A DNA stretch of 64,000 nucleotides from a virus: the IMG/VR virus record IMGVR_UViG_3300025137_000016; one strand, given 5' to 3'. Made by a program: the position numbers and the translations under genes. Positions 58,100-64,000 of the stretch are shown one piece after another; within the stretch, counting starts at the first letter, position 1; each line of letters opens with the position of its first letter. The notes under the pieces were generated by a model, which saw only the letters and a list, made by a program, of their open reading frames with translations, did no database searches and was not told the origin of the DNA.

Positions 58100-59644
58100 A
58101 TGGCTGAATTTTTCGGTTTCGAAATTACACGAAGAAGAAATAGAGAACCACTAACACCTGTCGCCCCATCAAGAGATGATGGGTCTACAGTACTGACCGA
58201 TGTCAGTGCCTACTATGGTGTGACTCTAGATCTAGATAATTCAATTAAAAGTGAGAATGCTTTAATCAAAAGGTATCGTGAAGTTGCTCAATATCCCGAC
58301 TGTGATGGTGCGATAGAAGATATAACTAATGAAGCAGTCACAATTCAAGATGACGCTCCCAGCGTCCAATTAGTTCTTGACGACTTACCAGTATCAGAAA
58401 AGATTAAAGAGAGAATTCATGATGAGTTTTCCACAGTTTATGATATGTTGCAGTTCGATTTTAAGGGACACGATATATTTAAAACTTGGTATGTAGATGG
58501 AAGATTATACTACCATCTAATTGTTGATCCTAAGAATCCTAAAGATGGCATACAAGAATTAAGATATGTAGACCCTCAAAAGATTCGTAAGATTAAAAAT
58601 ATTAAAAAGAAAAAGACATCTAGTGGTGTTGAGGTTGTAGAAAGTTCAGAAGAATACTTTATATATAATGATAAAGGTATCTCTGACTCTAATACAAAAG
58701 GAATCAAGCTAAGTGCTGATTCTGTAGTTTTTTGTCCTTCGGGAAATGTAGATCAAAATACAGGAATGGTTTTGGGACACTTACAAAAAGCTGTTAAGCC
58801 TGTAAACCAGTTAAAGATGATTGAAGACGCAGTAGTTATCTACCGACTAAGTAGAGCTCCTGAGAGAAGAATTTTTTATGTTGATGTAGGAAACCTGCCT
58901 AAGATAAAAGCAGAACAATATGTTAACGACATCATGAATAAGTATCGAAACAAAGTTGTTTACGATGCTACCACAGGTGAAGTCAGAGATGATAGAAAAC
59001 ACCTTAGCATGATGGAAGACTTTTGGATGCCTAGAAGAGAGGGTGGTCGTGGTACTGAAATCACTACACTTCCTGGAGGGCAGAATCTTGGTGATATTGC
59101 TGATATACAATATTTCCAAAGAAAACTTTACCAGTCATTAAATGTGCCTATGTCAAGATTACAAGGCGAGTCTGGATTTACTTTGGGTCGTGCTTCTGAA
59201 ATTACTAGAGACGAGTTGAAGTTTAATAAGTTTATAAAAAGAGTTCAAAGAAAATTCAGCCAGTTTATGGTTGACATTCTTAGAGTTCAATTAATAAGTA
59301 AAGGCATCATGTCGGATGAAGATTTCCATGACATGAAAGTTAATATAAGAGTTGACTTCCTAGAAGACAATCACTTTACTGAATTAAAGAACAACGAATT
59401 GCTACAACAAAGAGTAGGAATGCTAGGACAGGTAGAACCATATCTTGGTAAATTCTATTCTCTACAGTGGGCAAGGAAAAACATCTTAATGCAATCTGAA
59501 GAAGAGATCAAAGAGATCGACAAACAGATGGATGATGAAAAGGCTGCAACTGAAGATGATGCTGAAGGTGGGGAAGTCCCTGACATGGATAGCATGCAAT
59601 CTACAGATGAGCCACAAGACAATGATAATGAAGGAGAAGAATAA
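58100..59644 (+). CDS. gp20: Portal protein
   Basis: WYVDGR, NQLKMIEDAVVIYR..RAPERRIFY.DVGNLPK, EDFW.PRREGGRGTEITTLPGG. Confidence 0.98.
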   Translation: MAEFFGFEITRRRNREPLTPVAPSRDDGSTVLTDVSAYYGVTLDLDNSIKSENALIKRYREVAQYPDCDGAIEDITNEAVTIQDDAPSVQLVLDDLPVSEKIKERIHDEFSTVYDMLQFDFKGHDIFKTWYVDGRLYYHLIVDPKNPKDGIQELRYVDPQKIRKIKNIKKKKTSSGVEVVESSEEYFIYNDKGISDSNTKGIKLSADSVVFCPSGNVDQNTGMVLGHLQKAVKPVNQLKMIEDAVVIYRLSRAPERRIFYVDVGNLPKIKAEQYVNDIMNKYRNKVVYDATTGEVRDDRKHLSMMEDFWMPRREGGRGTEITTLPGGQNLGDIADIQYFQRKLYQSLNVPMSRLQGESGFTLGRASEITRDELKFNKFIKRVQRKFSQFMVDILRVQLISKGIMSDEDFHDMKVNIRVDFLEDNHFTELKNNELLQQRVGMLGQVEPYLGKFYSLQWARKNILMQSEEEIKEIDKQMDDEKAATEDDAEGGEVPDMDSMQSTDEPQDNDNEGEE

Positions 59645-59883
59645 TGGGAACTAAAGATTTGATCGACGCAATAGAATCAGGTAATGCTGAGGGAATTGAA
59701 AACACTTTTGGAAGTGTTATGTCAACAAAGGTAGGGGAAAAATTGGACACATTGAAAAAAGACTATGCTGCCAATATATTTAAATCCTCTGAAGAACAAG
59801 ATGAGATAGCTGGTGAACCAGAAGTCGAACCAGCTGAACAACCAGAGGTTGAGGAACCAGCTGAAGATGCCAAAGAGATTTAA
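59644..59883 (+). CDS. Small acidic prohead core protein (gp67-like by position)
   Basis: Follows gp20; acidic tail; SD AAGGAG. Confidence 0.7.
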   Translation: MGTKDLIDAIESGNAEGIENTFGSVMSTKVGEKLDTLKKDYAANIFKSSEEQDEIAGEPEVEPAEQPEVEEPAEDAKEI

Positions 59884-60286
59884 AGATATAATCGCTCCCT
59901 ATATAAAGGGTGCTAATGATTTGGCTGAAGAAAGAGAGCAACAGCTCGTAGACCAAATAGACGTGGTACTACCAGAAGAAAGAGTAGCTGAGTATATTGC
60001 TAAACATAGTGATGTTGAAATTACTGACACACTAGTAGAAGAATATATGAATAAGGCTGCAACAACAGAATTTACGATAGATCCTATACTTACTGAGATT
60101 AAACTTAGAAGTGTTAGGAATCTAAGAAATAAGATAGACTACACCTTACAAGATGGCTCTAAGGTGGCAATCAGTGAGGAAAACCAAATTATACTAAATA
60201 GTTTATTGAAAGGCAAGAGCGAGATCGTCGCTCACATGTCCGAAAATAAAAATAACTTTTTAGAAGTTTTAAGAGGAGTGTACTAA
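59867..60286 (+). CDS. Hypothetical prohead-associated protein
   Basis: ATG at 59867; DGS.V motif; lies between gp20 and gp21. Confidence 0.65.
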   Translation: MPKRFKDIIAPYIKGANDLAEEREQQLVDQIDVVLPEERVAEYIAKHSDVEITDTLVEEYMNKAATTEFTIDPILTEIKLRSVRNLRNKIDYTLQDGSKVAISEENQIILNSLLKGKSEIVAHMSENKNNFLEVLRGVY

Positions 60287-60694
60287 ATGGCAATTGTAAA
60301 AACAGTATTGGCTAAAGATAACAGAAAAGCTATCGTCAGGGTCACTGCTACAGCTGCAGGCAATGCAACAATAGACATAGATGCAGATTTAAAACTTACT
60401 AATGAAACTATTACAAGTGGTAAATTAAAGGTTGCTATTCAGAAAATAGAGAGTAGCATTCAGCATGGTCAAGAATGTACTGTTGTACGAAATTCCGTAT
60501 TAAGTGCTGCATTATACCCTGCATCACAAAAGATAGAAACAAGTATTCAAGACGAAGGCAGTTCAGATGTTGTTGTTACATTTAGTGGCAAAGGCATGGT
60601 AATCCTTCATCTAAGCAAAATGGGTGGATTTAACGACCCTGTAGAAGATTCAATCTTCGGTGCCCATGATGATCCAGCTGCAGTAGGAAGTTAA
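60287..60694 (+). CDS. Hypothetical virion/head protein
   Basis: SD GAGGAG; beta-rich; immediately upstream of gp21. Confidence 0.75.
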   Translation: MAIVKTVLAKDNRKAIVRVTATAAGNATIDIDADLKLTNETITSGKLKVAIQKIESSIQHGQECTVVRNSVLSAALYPASQKIETSIQDEGSSDVVVTFSGKGMVILHLSKMGGFNDPVEDSIFGAHDDPAAVGS

Positions 60695-60695
60695 T

Positions 60696-61352
60696 ATGAA
60701 ATTAATTAAAGAACATACTGAAACTGTAAACTACCTTATCGAAAACGATAAAGAAACTGGTAAGAAGAATTACAATATCGAGGGAGTATTTCTCCAAGCT
60801 GAAATTAAAAACAGAAATGGAAGAAGCTACCCCAAAGATATCCTTAATAAAGAAGTCAAAAGATATATGGCTGAGAATATTAAGAAGAATCGTGCATATG
60901 GAGAGTTAGGTCATCCTGATTCCCCAACTATCAATTTAGATAGAGTATCGCACATGATTAAAGATTTGAAGCTCGAAGGCAATGATTTTGTTGGAAGAGC
61001 TAAGATAATGGATACACCTTATGGTAAGATTGTTAAATCGTTAATTGACGAAGGAGCAAGTCTGGGTGTGTCTTCTAGAGGGATGGGTTCATTGAAAACT
61101 ACCAAAGACGGAACTTCAGAAGTCCAAAAGGATTTCATGCTTGCCACTGCTGCTGATATAGTTGCAGATCCGTCGGCACCAGATGCATTTGTACGAGGTG
61201 TGATGGAAGGCAAGGAATGGATGTTCGTTGATGGAAAGTTTGTCGAGCAAGATATTGATGCTATTAAGCATGTAATAACTAGGGCAACAAGATCTCAACT
61301 CGAAGAAGCAAAACTTTTCGCATTTGCGAAGTTTTTAAACAAAATTAAATAA
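60696..61352 (+). CDS. gp21: Prohead protease
   Basis: IEG.FLQ...NRNGR.Y, GELGHP, LGVSSRG.GS, ADIVADPSAP.AFV. Confidence 0.98.
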   Translation: MKLIKEHTETVNYLIENDKETGKKNYNIEGVFLQAEIKNRNGRSYPKDILNKEVKRYMAENIKKNRAYGELGHPDSPTINLDRVSHMIKDLKLEGNDFVGRAKIMDTPYGKIVKSLIDEGASLGVSSRGMGSLKTTKDGTSEVQKDFMLATAADIVADPSAPDAFVRGVMEGKEWMFVDGKFVEQDIDAIKHVITRATRSQLEEAKLFAFAKFLNKIK

Positions 61353-61372
61353 CCCAATTCAAGGAGACTATT

Positions 61373-62548
61373 ATGTCAAATATAGAACAGAAAATAGCAG
61401 AACTCCTAAGAGAATCAAACAAAGCTGCAGAGCAAGTTAATTCTCTAGAGGAAAATGCTGAAGGTTGGAAAAAACCTGCTGACGAAGATGTGAAAGCTGA
61501 AGCACCTGCTGAAGTAGAAGCTGAAGTTGTTGCAGAAGAAATGCCAGCTGAAGAAGAAGCTACAATCGAAGAAGGTGAATTACCACCTGCTTTGAAAAAA
61601 GCTATCGAAAAGAAAAAGAAAAAAGACGGCGATGACGACGATGATGATGAAGACGATGACGATGATAAAGATGATAAAAAAGATGATGAGAAAAAAGACG
61701 AAGACGATAAAGACGAGTCTTATATGAAATCATCTAAAGATAAGAAAAAAATGATGAAAAAAGAAGAGTCTGAATCTGATGAAGAAGTTATTGCTGAAGA
61801 AGAGTTCACTGTTGATGTTTCAGAAGATGTTGAAGCATTATTAAATGGTGAAGAACTTTCTGAAGAATTTAAAGAAAAAGCTACTACTATCTTTGAAACA
61901 GTTGTTGTTTCTAGAGTAAAATCTGAAGTGGCTAAATTTAAAAAAGAATTAGAAGAGTCTAATGTGAAAACAATAGACGAAGCTAAAGAGAGCTTAGTTG
62001 AAAAAGTTGATGGATATCTCAGCTATGTAGTTGAGCAGTGGATAAGTGAAAATGAAATCGCTCTCGAATCTGGTATGAAGTCGGAAATCTTAGATGGCTT
62101 CATCAAAGGTATGAAAGATCTATTCACAGAGCATTATGTTGATGTTCCTGAGGAAAGATTTGACTTACTTGGTGACGCACAAGAAAAAGTCGAAGAATTA
62201 GAGAAGAAGCTCGATGAGCAACTAGAATCTAATGTTGACCTATCTAAAAAAGTCAAAGAAATGGAAAGAACGGAAGTTCTTGCCAAAGTTTCTGACACTA
62301 TGACTGACAATGATAAAGATAAGTTTATGGGATTAGCTGAAGACCTCAGCTTTGAAGATAAAGTTTCTTTTGAAAAGAAAGTTAATACTATCAGAGAATC
62401 TTATTTTGCTTCTAAACCAAGCAAAACAAATGTAGAAACTGTTATGACTGATGAGCCAGTTCAATTAGAAGAAGAAAATAAAAAGGTATCTAACGATCCT
62501 AAAATTTCTGCTTATGCTGACTTGCTTACCAGAAGTAATAAAAATTAA
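61373..62548 (+). CDS. gp22: Prohead core scaffold protein
   Basis: Highly acidic; LSEEFKEKA.TIFE, VD.YL.YVVE.W..EN, F.EHY.DVP, ESYF. Confidence 0.95.
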   Translation: MSNIEQKIAELLRESNKAAEQVNSLEENAEGWKKPADEDVKAEAPAEVEAEVVAEEMPAEEEATIEEGELPPALKKAIEKKKKKDGDDDDDDEDDDDDKDDKKDDEKKDEDDKDESYMKSSKDKKKMMKKEESESDEEVIAEEEFTVDVSEDVEALLNGEELSEEFKEKATTIFETVVVSRVKSEVAKFKKELEESNVKTIDEAKESLVEKVDGYLSYVVEQWISENEIALESGMKSEILDGFIKGMKDLFTEHYVDVPEERFDLLGDAQEKVEELEKKLDEQLESNVDLSKKVKEMERTEVLAKVSDTMTDNDKDKFMGLAEDLSFEDKVSFEKKVNTIRESYFASKPSKTNVETVMTDEPVQLEEENKKVSNDPKISAYADLLTRSNKN

Positions 62549-62573
62549 TCTATCAACTTAAAGGAGAATTAAA

Positions 62574-63839
62574 ATGGATAGAAAATCATTAATGGAAAAA
62601 TGGTCACCGATCCTTAATCACGACGGAGTCGCTCCAATTACTGACAATTACAGAAAAGAAGTCACAGCTGTCTTACTTGAGAACCAGGAAACTGCAATCA
62701 AAGAAGAAAAGTCTGCGATGTTTGAAGCTGTTCATGTCAATGATGCTGCTGCTCTTCCTGATACAGGTGGTGTTGCTAAATTTGATCCAGTACTAATTTC
62801 ATTAGTACGAAGATCTGCTCCGCAAATGATCGCTTACGATATTTGTGGTGTACAACCTATGACTCAGCCAACTGGTCTTATTTTTGCTATGAAAGCAAGA
62901 TATGCGACTCAAGGTGGTACTGAAGCATTATTTAACGAAGCTGATTCAGACTTTTCTGGTACAGGTACGCATGCAGGATCTAATCCTGTAGACGGAACTT
63001 ACACGACTGGTACTGGTAAAGCTACTGCTGATGCAGAAGTTCTTGGAGACGGAACAACATTCAACGAAATGGCGTTCTCAATCGAAAAAACTTCAGTGAC
63101 AGCTAAGTCACGTGCTCTAAAAGCAGAGTACACAATAGAGCTTGCTCAAGATCTTAAATCAGTTCATGGTTTAGATGCTGAGGGAGAACTATCTAACATC
63201 TTATCTACTGAGATCTTAAGTGAAATCAACAGAGAAGTTATTAGAACTGTGTACAAAACTGCTAAAGCTGGTGCACAAACAGGTACTGCTACTGCGGGAA
63301 CTTTCGATCTAGATGTTGATGCATCTGGTAGATGGTCTGTTGAAAAATTCAAAGGTTTACTCTTTCAAATCGAAAGAGAAGCTAATGCGGTTGCTCAGCA
63401 AACTCGTAGAGGAAAAGCTAACTTCATCATCTGTTCTTCAGATGTTGCAAGTGCTCTAGCAATGGCTGGTGTACTAGACTACGCACCTGCTCTATCAACT
63501 AACCTAAATGTAGACGAAGCTTCTACTACCTTTGCTGGTGTTCTTTCTGGACGTTACAAAGTGTATGTAGATCCTTACACTGCAAATGGTGCTAACTCAC
63601 AATACTTTATTGTTGGTTATAAAGGAACGTCTGCATTTGATGCTGGCTTGTTCTATTGCCCATATGTACCTCTACAACTAGTTAGAGCAGTAGATCCTGC
63701 AACTTTCCAGCCTAAAATTGGATTTAAAACCAGATATGGTTTCACTTCAAATCCTTTCATACAGTTGGATGGCTCAGGCGATCTAGTTGCTAACGAGAAC
63801 TACTATTACAGACGAGTTAAAGTCACAAACTTAATGTAA
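62574..63839 (+). CDS. gp23: Major capsid protein
   Basis: KW.PIL, LLENQ, DP.LISLVRR, GVQPM..PTGLIFAM, SR.LKAEY..ELAQDL, FYCPYVPL, GFKTRYG. Confidence 0.99.
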   Translation: MDRKSLMEKWSPILNHDGVAPITDNYRKEVTAVLLENQETAIKEEKSAMFEAVHVNDAAALPDTGGVAKFDPVLISLVRRSAPQMIAYDICGVQPMTQPTGLIFAMKARYATQGGTEALFNEADSDFSGTGTHAGSNPVDGTYTTGTGKATADAEVLGDGTTFNEMAFSIEKTSVTAKSRALKAEYTIELAQDLKSVHGLDAEGELSNILSTEILSEINREVIRTVYKTAKAGAQTGTATAGTFDLDVDASGRWSVEKFKGLLFQIEREANAVAQQTRRGKANFIICSSDVASALAMAGVLDYAPALSTNLNVDEASTTFAGVLSGRYKVYVDPYTANGANSQYFIVGYKGTSAFDAGLFYCPYVPLQLVRAVDPATFQPKIGFKTRYGFTSNPFIQLDGSGDLVANENYYYRRVKVTNLM

Positions 63840-63860
63840 TAATTGTTTAAGTACAATCTT

Positions 63861-63892
63861 AAAGGGGGAGTCTTCGGGCTCCCCTTTTTTTT
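63861..63892 (+). terminator. Rho-independent terminator after gp23
   Basis: GGGGAGTC-TTCG-GGCTCCCC followed by a T run (cUUCGg loop). Confidence 0.93.
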
Positions 63893-63935
63893 GCTTTTAA
63901 TATAATCATATAACCCCATTCCCAATTTCAATTCT

Positions 63936-63943
63936 ACTAAATA
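63936..63943 (+). promoter_or_regulatory. Late promoter ACTAAATA for the next gene, which lies beyond the window
   Basis: Motif follows the terminator; the window ends at an SD-like AGGA. Confidence 0.55.
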
Positions 63944-64000
63944 TTTTCGGTGGTAATAAAAAATCATTTTTTTATAACCTTTTTTACACCCTTAATAGGA

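Noticed and set aside
54091-59644. Inteins, introns or homing endonucleases in gp17 and gp20
   Set aside because: ORFs are uninterrupted and of ordinary or short length; no HNH, GIY-YIG or LAGLIDADG motif seen
61610-61760. GAT/GAC/AAA low-complexity run as a DNA repeat element
   Set aside because: Explained by the poly-Asp/Lys tract of gp22
5536-63352. Many short antisense or alternate-frame ORFs inside long genes (e.g. 6010..6342, 15223..15762, 47145..47459)
   Set aside because: Shadow ORFs of G/A/T/S-rich coding strands; no SD or motif support
1-64000. tRNA genes or stop-codon reassignment
   Set aside because: Intergenic gaps are short with no cloverleaf seen, and all core genes are full-length in the standard code

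Overview
A 64-kb segment of an AT-rich T4-like myovirus genome with marine-type gene content; the host cannot be determined from sequence alone. Left to right: (i) 1-2.9 kb, small early ORFs behind three copies of a sigma70-type promoter cassette; (ii) gp33-gp59-gp32; (iii) a minus-strand block with tape measure, gp51, gp26, a displaced terminase small subunit gp16, a gp54-like gene, two tandem Asp/Asn beta-hydroxylases, gp2, a thermonuclease and gp4; (iv) a long plus-strand morphogenesis block with gp48, gp53, hub, gp5, a kinase/nucleotidyltransferase pair, a large PAAR fusion, gp25, gp6-7-8, about 22 kb of fibre/appendage genes, gp13-15 and gp17-23. I saw no tRNA, CRISPR array, intron, intein or transposon. 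The most notable observations are a chain of fibre proteins with matched terminal peptide tags (DGGxY paired with IxxKRS; IAxSxALG), a central spike whose lysozyme seems catalytically dead but which carries an intact M15 peptidase and a 795-aa PAAR fusion, CTAAATA late promoters placed to give leaderless mRNAs, IHF-consensus sites at fixed spacing in the early promoters, GTWAC avoidance, and an A/T-tract-free island at the end of gene 5. All protein calls come from motif recognition and synteny, not database searches.
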